Assembly (NCBI RefSeq): GCF_009914755.1
Contig: NC_060942.1
DNA from: the human T2T-CHM13v2.0 reference genome, Homo sapiens
Reading direction: 5' to 3' (one strand)
DNA: 64,000 nucleotides
The translations under genes and the position numbers were made by a program. Each line of letters begins with the position of its first letter. Within the stretch, counting starts at the first letter, position 1. This document shows positions 39,605 through 54,446 of the stretch, piece after piece. Below the pieces are notes generated by a model, which saw nothing but the letters and a program-made list of their open reading frames with translations, ran no database searches and had not been told where the DNA came from.

Positions 39605-40265
39605 CCATGGTATATATAATATAACATATTATACATACCATGGTATATATAATATAACATATTATACATACCATGGTATATATATAATATAACATATTAT
39701 ACATACCATGGTATATATATAATATAACATATTATACATACCATGGTATATATATAATATAACATATTATACATACCATGGTATATATATAATATAACAT
39801 ATTATACATACCATGGTATATATATAATATAACATATTATACATACCATGGTATATATATAATATAACATATTATACATACCATGGTATATATATAATAT
39901 AACATATTATACATACCATGGTATATATATAATATAACATATTATACATACCATGGTATATATATAATATAACATATTATACATACCATGGTATATATAT
40001 AATATAACATATTATACATACCATGGTATATATATAATATAACATATTATATATACCATGGTATATATATTATATAACATATTATATATACCATGGTATA
40101 TATATTATATAACATATTATATATACCATGGTATATATATTATATAACATATTATATATACCATGGTATATATATTATATAACATATTATATATACCATG
40201 GTATATATATTATATAACATATTATATATACCATGGTATATATATTATATAACATATTATATATA
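39605..40265. repeat. 33/35-bp AT-rich VNTR, 19 copies
   Basis: CCATGG at 39605, 39638, 39671, then every 35 nt to 40231; unit CCATGGTATATATATAATATAACATATTATACATA. Confidence 0.97.
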
Positions 40266-40575
40266 ATAGATTATATATACTATAGTATATATATTATATA
40301 ACATATTATATATAATAGATTATATATATTATATAACATATATATGTTGTATTGTATAACATATATATGATGGACAGACAAGGTAGATCATGATATGGGT
40401 GGATTGAGAGGAGCACCTGATTAATGCCAAGGATATATTATACTCCAAAGGAAACTCCAATAGCCTCAAGGAAGAAAATGTATTTTTCATCCTTCCACTC
40501 TCTGACACTAATTATATACTACTCTTTCCAAGAGTGTTGCTCAGATTCTTTACCCCTTGTTTAAATAAATATTTA

Positions 40576-40966
<391 letters not shown>

Positions 40967-41161
40967 TTAAAAATCCTCTTTTGCCTCCTAATTTAACTCT
41001 AAGAGTTTTTAATGTATATTTTTAAATGTAAAAATCCAATCTGTTAATTATTTTTGTTTAATATTCCAAATAAGAGATTTCTCCTATTGATTTATACTGA
41101 TAATTGACAATCCAGCACCCTCTCCTTTAGAAACATGTGGTACTTTGGCTGTCAGTTGTAT

Positions 41162-41690
41162 CTGTATTAATTAGAAGTAGTTTTTGGATACATGTGACAA
41201 AACCAAATCAAACCACATATCCATGGCTTAAAGAAGACAGAAGTTTAATTTTCTCTCACATCACAAGAAGTCTAGAGGCTAGAGGTGCAGGCCAGTGCAG
41301 TAATCCGAGGATTCAGAGCCAAGATCTTTGTGATTCTCTTTAATTTCCCTTCATGATTAGCTATAAAATGGTGGCTGCAGCTCCAGCCAACGCACTCCAG
41401 TTTCATTTAGAAAAGAGAGAGGGAAACAGAAAAGGGTAGGATCTGCATATCATGAAAACAAAACTTTCTGAGAAATCTTCAGCCTTGGTGTTTTGGTCAG
41501 AACTGTGACACATGACTATCTCTAGCAGCAAAGAAAGCTGGAAAATATGATTTTTCAGTGAGGACCTTTCTACCACATCACCTCCCTGCTCCCCTGAAAA
41601 CAAAACAAAACAAAACAAAAACAAAATTTCTCTTAATAAGGAAAAGAAAATGGATGTTTGATAGGCAACCAGAGGTGTTTGCCATGTCAG
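41162..41690 (-). mobile_element. Old MaLR LTR (MLT1-like)
   Basis: TGGCTTAAA...TTCTCTCACATCACAAGAAGTCTAGAGG, AAAATGGTGGCTGCAGCTCCAGCC. Confidence 0.6.
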
Positions 41691-41954
41691 CTATGACAAG
41701 ATTGAATCCGAGAAAGAACCAAGTTGGAGCCAGGAGGTCTTAAGCCTGACATGACTAGAAGATGCGTAGACAATAGGCCCCCATGTTTAGTATGAAATTG
41801 CCCTGCCCTGTGTCTCGTTCTCAAGACTGAGTGCCAGGAAACCAGGTTTACAAACATGTGGTCTTCAGGACTTCACCTACCCTCCATCTCTGAAAACAAA
41901 AGGCTGCAATGAAGATCGTGTTTTATAGATTGGGCGTCACTTTTAATCTCTACA

Positions 41955-42316
41955 TGTATTAGTCAGTTTTCATCCTGCTGATGAAGACATACCCAAGACT
42001 GGGTAATTTATAAAGGAAAAGAGGTTTAATGGTCTCACAGTTCCATGTGGCTGGGGAGGCCTCACAATCATGGCAGAAGATGAAAGCCACATCTTACATG
42101 GTGGCAGACAAGAGAGAAATGAGAGCCAAGTGAAAAGGGAAACCTCTTATAAAACCATGAGATCTCATGAGACTTATTCACTATCATGAGAACAGCATGG
42201 AGGAAACTGCCCCCATAATTCAATTGTCTCCCACTGGGTCCCTCCCACGACACGTGGGGATTATGGGAGCTGCAATTCAAAATGAGATTTTGGTGGGACA
42301 CAGACAAACCGTATTA
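41955..42316 (-). mobile_element. THE1 (MaLR) solo LTR
   Basis: TGTATTAGTCAGTTTTCATCCTGCTGATGAAGACATACCCAAGACTGGG...GGGACACAGACAAACCGTATTA; TSD CTACA/CTAAA. Confidence 0.92.
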
Positions 42317-42706
42317 CTAAACTTAAACCCAAGATATGACAATTTCCAAGTATCTATTTACATGGAAAAAAACCCACTTTGTGCTGTATCACTCCTATCT
42401 TTATGCATGCATTTCTGTACAAACACATGAGGGAGGTATATTTGCACTCTTCCATCTACATCATCTCAGAAACAAGGGGTCTTGGTAAATAAACTGGACT
42501 AAGGTAAGCAATCTGGACTCTGGCAGAAGGGAACACATGGCACTGTTTTTGTTTTCCCTGTGATTGGATTCACGAAACTAATTAAAAGATGATGATGACT
42601 GAATGATTCCACAGGACTCTAGATAGAAAGACCATTTGTGCAGACCTTCAGGAATAAACATTGTAACAATGAGCATACCTGTGGCTGTTAGAAACCCCTC
42701 AGCTCA

Positions 42707-43028
<322 letters not shown>

Positions 43029-43081
43029 TCAAATTGGCATGAAAGATAAAAGGATTTATTATCTGATATACAAGAACTCCA

Positions 43082-43915
<834 letters not shown>

Positions 43916-44519
43916 GTGTGAAGTTCATTTCTTGTGATCTCACACTGCCCTGGTTCTATCAATATAGCAATCTCAAGAATTAGTCACTGCCATTAAGTGG
44001 AAATGTTTTAGGTTTTATTTCCTACTCAGAGGCTCATGTAAAGTCCTTTTGAATAGTTTTAAAGCCATGAATCTTTTAAGAGCAAGAAATAGTACATCTC
44101 CTTCTCTCAAAGCACTCAGCCTGTGATTACAGTTGACAGGCTGTTCCTCCCATTTGTCTGGGCTTCTCTCATCCTTTACTCCTCTCTTTGCCTTGCAACA
44201 CAAGTGGCTGTTACTGTAACAACATAATTGCTGCTCTGATTCCACCACTGAAATAAACAGAAATGAAAAGGAAATAGAGAGCTTCAAATTGTGTTCTCCT
44301 CCACCTGGCAGTTTCCCAAAATGCCTCAGCTAGAGACAGCCCAAATGGACAGGCTAGGGGTTGAACCTGAATTAAGAAATGAAAATCAAAAAACAGGCCC
44401 AGAGCAGATTGTAGAGGAAGCTCCTTTCTTCCCGCTTAACTCCTGGGGATGGAAGGAGAGGAAAAAGGCGAATAATGTGGAAAAAATGTTGAATTTAGTA
44501 GAGAGGAATTGGTAGCATG

Positions 44520-44825
44520 CTGGTCTGATGCTCTTTGTAGATGTGCCATTTGCCTGGACAGTGTCTTGAAAATTAGAATTAGTCACATTTAAACATCCAA
44601 GGATTTCATATAAAAATCCAGGTTGCAAGCTTTTGCAAAATCAGAAGATCCGCTACTGGGCCTGCTTTCCCAGAAGACAATCAGTGCTGGTGCTGCCCCT
44701 ATAAATGGGGGACGCATTTGTGACTTCGCCACACTCCTCACCACACCCTAGTGCACACTTCTGCCTGCTCTGTTTGTTTACAGTACCTGCCTGCTCCCTC
44801 TAGGCATTTGAATTTATGATCCCAG
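44520..44825 (-). mobile_element. MER102-like hAT DNA transposon
   Basis: CCTGCCTGCTCCCTCTAGGCATTTGAATTT resembles the MER102 terminus. Confidence 0.5.
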
Positions 44826-44929
44826 TTTACTGTTCTGTATGTCAGGGGGAAGGGGACTGTTCCATGATTTGTTCAATGATATTGTTTAAATTCCTGTTCA
44901 TGCTTATGATTCTCTACAGTGTGTGCAAC

Positions 44930-45247
44930 TTTTTTTTTCTTTTTGACAGAGTTTTACTCTTGTTGCCCAGGCTGGAGTGCAGTGGCATAATCTCAGCTTA
45001 CTACAACCTCTGCCTACCAGGTTCAAGTGATTCTCTTGTCTCAGCCTGAGTAGCTGGGATTACAGGTGCCCGCCACCACGTCCAGCTAACTTTTTGTATT
45101 TTTAGTAGAAGCAGGGCTGGTCTCTGCTAAAAAATGTTTAGTAGAGCCCATGTTAGCCAGGCTGGTCTCGAACTCCTGACCTCAGGTGATCCACCCACCT
45201 CGGCTTCCCAAGTGCTGGGATTACAGGGGTGAGCCACCGCACCCAGA
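44930..45247 (-). mobile_element. AluS with internal micro-rearrangement
   Basis: Reverse dimer, TSD TGTGCAAC; aberrant segment at 45110-45147. Confidence 0.92.
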
Positions 45248-45789
45248 TGTGCAACATTGTAGAAAGAGTTTTGCCCATGTAATGTTTGCTCCCCCAGATG
45301 ATTTTGAAGATTCACTCCTTCCCAGGCTGGTCACTGAGATAAGGATGGAAGCCTGTTAAAAAAGAGGTGAGACTGCTGGGCAATGCAACTCACTCTGAAA
45401 TGTTACTGGTGAGCAGTTCTTGATAAGCAAGCAGAGCCTGGGTGGAACCTCGTGGAATGTTTGGGAGCAGACCATCTGCTTCTGAGATTCATTGGCCAAG
45501 AGTTCTCACTGTATCTTGAAACGAACCAAAAAGCAGTTCTTACATAGAATCATGCTGAGGTCCTGTAATCTGTGTGGCCCAAACCACATGTGATCTCCCT
45601 CTGCTCTGTTTCACCTAATTTTGTGGCACTTTTTGTGTTCGTGAGATAACTGAAGGCACAGTTCTCATAAAATGAACAATCATTATTTAGAGATTTTAAC
45701 TTGGCAAATAGAAGTTTTCACTAGTCTCCTGATAATTAGCTTGAGAGAGAGATTTAACTTGTTTGAAGGCTTCAAGTGATTTCATATGA

Positions 45790-45900
45790 TTTTTTTAAGA
45801 GATGGGGTCTCACTATGTTGCCCAGGCTGGAGTACAGTGGCTATTCACAGGCACCCCATCATCGTTCACTAAGCCTCAAACTCCTGACATCAAGCCATCA
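45790..45900 (-). mobile_element. FAM (fossil Alu monomer) fragment
   Basis: GTTGCCCAGGCTGGAGTACAGTGGCTATTCACAGGC, the 7SL/FAM signature missing from dimeric Alus. Confidence 0.75.
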
Positions 45901-47049
45901 TAGTCCCAAGTACACAGAAGATGAAGGAAGGATGATTTTTGATAGGTGAAATGTTAAAATAAAACGTAAGAAAGAGTTACATGGAGAACCTCTTTGTCAA
46001 GTTTGAAAACAGCAATAAATGTCTGTGTCCGGTCTTGGTCCTGGTGGGGTAGTGGGGCGGGGGCTTTCCTCTGTCTCTCCTAACTCTGCTCTCCTTGCTG
46101 AAGGGCTGAGTCCTGAGCTTCATGTTTGACTTATTCCTGCTCCTCCAGGCCCTGAGAGCTGACTTTCTTCATTTTAAGTTGGCCAAAAGCAAAAGATGCA
46201 ATCCCGAACACTGCCACCTAAACAAGAAGCCAGGTATTCTTTAAACTGAAAGAACATTTGTTACAGGCAGAAGTGCAAGTCAGATGACCATAGGATTCCA
46301 ACTGTGGTCCTGGTGGGTCATGAGGGTAACCCAAGCTCCGCCCCATGGGTGTTGGTTTCCAGGGCATAACCCAAAAAAGGAAATCCGAAGCGGTTACCCA
46401 GTTGGTGAAGTGACCTCTGGATTGGTTTCTTGTAGACCTGAACCAGGATTTTTCAGCTGGTTTTCCAGTTTCTGCTGAGCCAGAAGGCTAACAGTCATAA
46501 CAAGCCCTTTATTTATTAAATCCAGGGCTGAGATATAATATTCTTCCGCTTGTGCCCTCTCAATGCGTTCAAAATGAACCTCATCACCTGAATGTTTTTC
46601 TTGAGGAGGCTGGAGTAGTCCTCCTACCATACGGTTTCATGGCTGAAAAGGCCTCTCCGTGTGCCACCTGGCTACCTTCCAAGCCATTCCCCACACGCCC
46701 CAGGACCACAGGAGATCGTGTAATTCTCACGCTTGAAACCTTCCATGACCCCCCTTATTCACAGGCAGAAGGTCAGCCCTTACAACAGCCTATTGCCGGG
46801 CCAGACCTGGGCCACCGCCTCCAGCCTCACCTGACACCCTCTGTGCCTCACTAACAAGACTCCGCTCTCACTGGACTTCTTCTGTTTCCATGGATTCACC
46901 AAGTCATTTGCCGCCTTGGGCCTTTGCACATCCTGCTGCCCCTCTTTACCTTTCTATCTTGGCTTATGTCTCCCTCTTTCAGAGAAGGCTTCTCTTTCAT
47001 CACCACCTCCCCAAAATAAGTTACTCTCCCTTTTTTCTTTGAAATTTCT

Positions 47050-47610
47050 TCCATTCAACCGAGCAACCCCACTACTGGGTGTATACCCAAAGGAATAGAA
47101 ATCATTTTACCAAAAACACACATGCACTCACATGTTCATGGCAGCACTATTCACAATAGCGAAAACATGGAATTAACCTAAATGCCCATCCACAGGGGAC
47201 TGGATAAAGAAAATGTGATACATATACACCATGGAATACTATGCTGCCATAAAAAATGAAATAATGTCTTTTACAGCAACATGGATGCAGCCGGAAGCCA
47301 TTATCCTAAGTAAAGTAGCAGGGGAACAGAAAACCAAATACCTCATGTTCTCACTTATAAATGGGAGCTAAACACTGAGGGCACATGGATACAAAGAGGG
47401 GTACAACAAGCACCAGGACTTACGTGAGGGGGGAGAATGGATGGAGGGTAAGGGTTGAAAGACTACCAATTAGGTACTATGTATGCTCACTACCTGGGTG
47501 ATGAAATCATTTATACGCCAAACCCCAATGACATGCAATTTATCCATTAATAAACCCACGTATGTACCCCTGAACCTAAAATAAAAGCTGAGAAAAGAAA
47601 AGAAGAAATA
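47050..47610 (+). mobile_element. Older primate L1 (L1PA15/16-like) 3' end
   Basis: ORF2-end/3'UTR text GCACTATTCACAATAGC...GTTCTCACTTATAAATGGGAGCTAA...GAACCTAAAATAAAAG plus A tail. Confidence 0.9.
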
Positions 47611-47867
47611 ATACAGAGAGACCCTTTTTATACTGTGCCCGATTTCTTCCAGTGGTAAAATTTTGCAAAATTATACTACCACCATAGTCAGATACTGAAC
47701 AATTTCAACACTGCAGGATCCCTGGTGTGGCCCTATTAGAACTACACCCATTCTGGATTCCACCACCCCCCTTTACTCTGTCCTCCATTTCTAAAATTTG
47801 TCATTCAAAAAATATTATATAACTGGAATCACATAGATTACACATCTTTTGTGATTGGCTTTTTTTT

Positions 47868-48329
47868 GTTGTTGTTGTTGTTTTATTTATTATTATTATA
47901 CTTTAAGTTTTAGGTACATGTGCACACTGCGCAGGTTAGTTACATATGTATACATGTGCCATGCTGGTACGCTGCACCCATTAACTTGTCATCTAGCATT
48001 AGGTATATCTCCCAGTGCTATCCCTCCCCCCTCCCCCCACCCCACAACAGTCCCCAGAGTGTGATGTTCCCCTTCCTGTGTCCATGTGTTCTCATTGTTC
48101 AATTCCCACCTATGAGTGAGAATATGCGGTGCTTGGTTTTTTGTTCTTGCGATAGTTTACTGAGAATGATGATTTCCAATTTCATCCATGTCCCTACAAA
48201 GGACATGAACTCATCATTTTTTTATGGCTGCATAGTATTCCATGGTGTATATGTGCCACATTTTCTTAATCCAGTCTATCATTGTTGGACATTTGGGTTG
48301 GTTCCAAGTCTTTGCTATTGTGAATAATG
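47868..48329 (-). mobile_element. 5'-truncated young L1PA (PA2/PA3-like) 3' end
   Basis: L1PA 3'UTR (CATCTAGCATTAGGTATATCTCCC...CCCACCTATGAGTGAGAATATGCGG); TSD GTGATTGGCTTTTTTTT at 47851 and 48330. Confidence 0.93.
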
Positions 48330-49072
48330 GTGATTGGCTTTTTTTTTAACTCAGCATAATTCCCTGGCAATTCATTCAAATTGTTGCAGGTATCAATAGT
48401 TGTGTCTTCTTATTCTAAATAGCATTCCATGGTTTGCATGTTCTACAATTTGTTAAACCACTCACCTATTGAAGGATATCTGGGCCGATGCCAGTTTTTG
48501 GCTATTACAAACTAAGCTGCTATGAATATTCAAAATTTTTATGTGAACATAAATTTCCATTTCTCTGGGATAAATGCCACAGGGTGTGAGTGCGGGGTTG
48601 TATGGTAATTACATATTTAGTTTTATTTTTAAAAACCTGCCACTCTGTTTTCCAGAGTGGCTGTATTTTACATTCCCACCCATACTGTATGAGTAGTCCA
48701 GTTACTCATCCCTTGCCAGCATTTGATGTTGTCACTATTTTTTATTTTAGCCACTCTTGAAAAGATACAAGATAAAACACACATAATATTACTCATATTC
48801 CTGTATATTAACAAAAACATACAGAAACTGAAATTAAAAGCACAATATCATTTACAATATCACTTTCAACCACTCCAAAGAAAACGAAATACTTGGGAAT
48901 TCACTACACAAAAATGCATATCTCATTACGATTTTCATTTGCATTTTCCTGATTGCAAATGGTGTTGAGCATCTTTTTACCTGCTTATTTATCATCTGTA
49001 TATTCTCACTGGTGAAATGTCTGTTCATGTCTTACCCATTTTCTAGTTAGATTTTTTTAAAAAAACTATTGA

Positions 49073-49459
<387 letters not shown>

Positions 49460-51156
49460 TGAAGATGTGATTTGCAAGTCTTTCCTCCTAGTCTGAACCT
49501 TGTCTCTTCAATGTCCTCACATAGGCTTTTTCAGAGCAAAAGTTTTTAATTTTGATGCAGTTCAGTTTATCAATCCTTTCACAGAGCACGCTTCTGGTGT
49601 CAAGTCTAAGAATTCTTTCTGTCTCTAGATTCCAAGGGTTAATGCTTATGGGTTTTTTCCTAAAAGTTTATAGTTTTATACCATTTTGAGTTAATTTTTG
49701 TGTAAGGAGTGAGACTTAGGTTGAGATTCATTTCATTGTTGTTCCAGCACTGTTTATTTAAAAGACTACCATTTATTCATTAATTTGCTTTTGTACTTTG
49801 TCAAAATTCAGTGAGTGTATCTGTAGGTCTATTTCTGAGTTCTCTGTTCGATTCCATTTATCTATGTGTCATTCCTCTGCCAACACCACACTGTCTTGAT
49901 TACTGTAGCTGTGTATTGGGTAGAGTGACCCTCCCACTTTATTCTTATTTGTCAAGATAGTTTTAGTTATTCTAGGGTCTGTGCCTTTCTGCATAAACTT
50001 TAGGATAAGTTTATTTATGTCTACAAAAAGTGTTGTTGGAATTTTTATGGGAATTGCATTAAACCTACAGATTCATTTGAAGAAAATTGACACCCTTACT
50101 ATGTTGAGTCTTCCAATTCCTGAACGTGGTATGTCTCTCCATTTATTTAGTTCTTTTCAATTTCTTTCATCAATATTTTGTAATTTCATCATACAGATCC
50201 TGTACATGTTTTGTTAAGTACATACCTAAGTATTTAATTGTATTTGGAGTGATCTTAAATAATATTGTGTTATTAATTTCAGTTTCTATATGTTATTTGT
50301 TAGTACACACAAATGCAATTCATTTTTGTGTGTTTATCTTGTATTCTGCAATTTTGTTGAACTCATTCTCCATTTGATAAAGCACCGCTGTAAAAAAATC
50401 TACAGTTACTGCTAATCATTTAGCTTGTTGATACGGTGGATCACATTGATTGATTTTCAAATGTAGAATAAGTCTTGCATACTTATTACTTAAACCGCAC
50501 CTGATCAAGTGCGTATCTGGTTGCCTCCTTTGGAGAGGTTAATTAGACACTCCAAACTGGTGTTTATTCTAAGTTCTAAGAGATTTTTAATAGTTTCCTT
50601 GAGATTTTCTATGTAAACAATCATGTTATCTGTAAATAAAGAAAGCCTTATTTTTTCTTTCTGATTTGTATGTCTTACATTTATTTTCTTGGTTGATTGC
50701 AGTGGCTAAAACTTCCAGTGCTGTGTTGAATAGTAATGGTAAAAGTAGACGTCCTCACCTTGTTCATGATCTTAGGGGGAAAATATTCAGTCTTTCACCA
50801 TTAAGTATGATGGTAACCGTGGATTTTTTTTTACAGCTGTGCTTTATCAAATGGAGATAATTCCCCTCTGTTCCTAATTTGCTGGGGCTTTTTTTTTAAC
50901 ACCATAAATAGGTGTTAGATTTTGTCAAATGCTTTTTTTGCATCAATTAATATGATCATATGATCCTTCTAATTCAGCTTGTTGATATGGTGGATCACAT
51001 TGATTGATTTTCAAATGTTGAATAAGTCTTGCATACCTGGAATAAACCCCACTTGATCATAGTGCATAATTCTTTTTATACATTGTTGGATTCAGCTTTC
51101 TAATATTGTATTGAGGATTTTTGCATCTACACTTATGAGAGATATTGGTTTGCAGT

Positions 51157-51260
51157 TTCCTTCCTTCCTTCTTTCCGTCCTTCCTTCCTTCCTTCCTTCC
51201 TTCCTTCCTTCCTTCTTTCTTTCTTTCTTTCTTTCCTTCTTTCCTTCCTTCCTTCCTTCT
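51157..51260. repeat. (TTCC)n/(TTTC)n microsatellite
   Basis: Read directly. Confidence 0.92.
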
Positions 51261-51697
51261 TGTTTGGTTTTGTTATCAGGATAATATTGACCTCATAAAA
51301 GGAGTTAAAAGTACTCTGTTCTCATTTATTTTCTGTTAGATATTATGTAACAATGGTGTATATTCTTTTTTAAATGTTTGATAGAATTCTCCTATAAAAC
51401 CATCTGGGTCTGGGGATCTCTTTTTTGTTGGGAGCTTTTGAATTTTGAATTCAATTTCTTTAGTGGTTACAGGACTATTTCAATTGGTTTGAGTTTCAGC
51501 AGTTTGTGGATTTTAAGGAATTGGTCCATTTCTGATAAGTTGACAAATTTGTGAACTAAAGTTGTTTGTAGTATTCTCTTATTACTTTAGTGTCTGCAGA
51601 ATCTGTAGTGAGATCCCTTACTTGATATCCCTTATCTATTAGTGGTATTCCTATATCCCTTATCTATAGTGATATTCCTACAAATTTGAAGAACCAG

Positions 51698-52053
51698 TGT
51701 CTTAGGCACTTCAGGCTGCTAAAACAAAATGCCTTAGACTGGGTAATTTATTGCTTACAGTTCTCGAGTGTGGAAAGTCCAAGATCAAGATCAAGGTGAT
51801 GGCAAATGTGGTGTCTGGTAAGGGCCTGTTTCTCCTAGAATGCGCCTTCCTGCTGCATCCTCACATGGTGGAAGGACCAAACACATCCCCTTCTGCTTCT
51901 TTTATAAAAGCACAGTCCCATCCATGAGGGTGGGGCCTCATTATTTCCCAAAGGCCCAACCTCTTGATATCATTACATTGAGGATTACATTCATTGAGGA
52001 TTACATTTCAATATATGGATTGGAGGAGTGGGAGACACATGTAGACCATAGCA
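51698..52053 (-). mobile_element. MST/MLT1A-type MaLR solo LTR
   Basis: TGTCTTAG...GGCTGCTAAAACAAAATGCCTTAGACTGGGTAATTTAT...AGACCATAGCA; TSD ACCAG/ACCAA. Confidence 0.85.
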
Positions 52054-52424
52054 ACCAACATTTTGTTTCACTGGTTTTCTCCATTTTCCTATTTCTAATC
52101 TCACTGATGACTGCTCTTATGTTGATCATTTCCTTCTTTCTCCCTTCTGCATTTTACAGAAAGCCCCTTACCTTCAGAGGTGCACTTTTGCCCAAGTTTC
52201 CTGAGATCTGCTGCTGCCTAATATCTTCTACGTTTCCTTGTGGAACTTTCCCTCGATGTGGCTTCCAAGTAATCTCCGCCTCACTCTCTCTAAATCTCAC
52301 AGCACTTGCACTCAAAATATAAATGTTTATCACATTAGGTGGATCCCTTCACATTCAGAGGTGTATTTTTGCTGGCAGTTTCTGAGATCTGCTTCCACTG
52401 GGCCATCTTTCTATCTTCTTTCTA

Positions 52425-52868
52425 TGTGGAAGGAAAATATCTTGGGCTGTCAAAATTACGAAACTAAAGGGAAAAGTCAAGCTGGGAACTGCTGAGGGCC
52501 AACCTGCCTCCCATTCTGTTCTGTCACCCTCTGCTCACTGAGATAAGTGCAGATCTGATTGCCTCCCTTGGAGAGGCTCATCAGAAACTCAAAAGAATGC
52601 AACCCTGTCTCTCACCTGCCTACAACCTGGAAACCTCCTACCCGCTTCCAGCTGTCCTGCCTTTCCAGACCAAACCAATGTTCATCTTACGTAAGTTGAT
52701 TGATGTCTCATGTCTCCCTAATACGTATAAAACAAAACTGTGTTCTGACCACCTTGGGCACGTGTCATCAGGACCTCCTGAGGCTGTGTCACAGGCATGC
52801 GTCCTCAACCTTGGCAAAATATGCTTTCTAAATTAACTGAGAGCTGTCTCAGATTTTTGGGGTTCACA
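52425..52868 (+). mobile_element. MER4A-type ERV1 solo LTR
   Basis: TGTGGAAGGAAAATA...AAAGGGAAAAGTCAAGCTGGGAACTGC...GGGGTTCACA; perfect 4-bp TSD TCTA. Confidence 0.9.
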
Positions 52869-53856
52869 TCTACATACCTTCCGTGACAATCTTGGTTATT
52901 TGGGGCTGCACTATATATTTTCTATGAATGTTCAAGTCATAACTATCTTCTAGTTTCACTGAGATTGGTGTTTGAAGGTTTTGTTTCTCTTGCATAATAT
53001 CTAGGAAGGGAAAAGAAGAGAAGGAAAGATGCAGTCTCAAAAATTATGTTTTTACTGGAAGCCTTTCTTATGAGATCCTTTAAAAAAGAGGATAAGAAAG
53101 ATGTGCCTTTGGCTTTTCCAGTAACAAAGGGAGTGGACACCATTTTAGTATAAACGGAAATCTTACCTGGAACCTCCGATTGGATGATCTAGTTTAGTAT
53201 TTCAGAACAACTCTTAAGGTAGATAATATTATGCAAATTATAAGATTAGTAACTTGAGGTATATAATTAAAGAACTAGCTCAAGGGCACCTGTCTTATAA
53301 ATTGGAAAAACAGAAAATCAATTCTTTCAACTCCAAGGCAAATTCTAATTTACTGTACAACAGCTGTTTCCTACAAATACTCCAGAGTCAAAAAGATAAT
53401 TCCCTTCCTGAGACCATTAATGTCTGTTCTAGGAAGCAAGTGAATGAAAAAAGCAAATTTTAAAATATCTTTTCCAACCTAGGATCCTTAAGTGTCACTA
53501 GCATCTCAGCCACCTATGTGTTATTGGAGAGTGGCCATAAAAATTACAGAATTGCAAAGAATTTTCCCACCAGATGTCTTACACACCTAAAATTCTACTA
53601 TTAAAGAATGACTCCTTTGGGTTGGTCACCATGACCCCAGAAATTTAAAATGTAACTATTTCTAGATGGGTGATATATTAGGATACTTATTAATGCCTTG
53701 GTATTCAATACCAGGTTTTAGAGACTAACCTAAGTGGAAATCCCACAGCATATAATGTCTAATGGAAGGCCTAAACTTATTATCTATTTGCTGTGTTTTG
53801 AAGCCTCCAGGAAGGGGATAGTATGAATCAAATAGTTTTGACTGTGCAGGCACTTA

Positions 53857-54446
<590 letters not shown>

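Noticed and set aside
39605-40265. Regularly spaced palindromic repeats resembling a CRISPR array
   Set aside because: No unique spacers, no cas genes, eukaryotic context; it is a tandem minisatellite.
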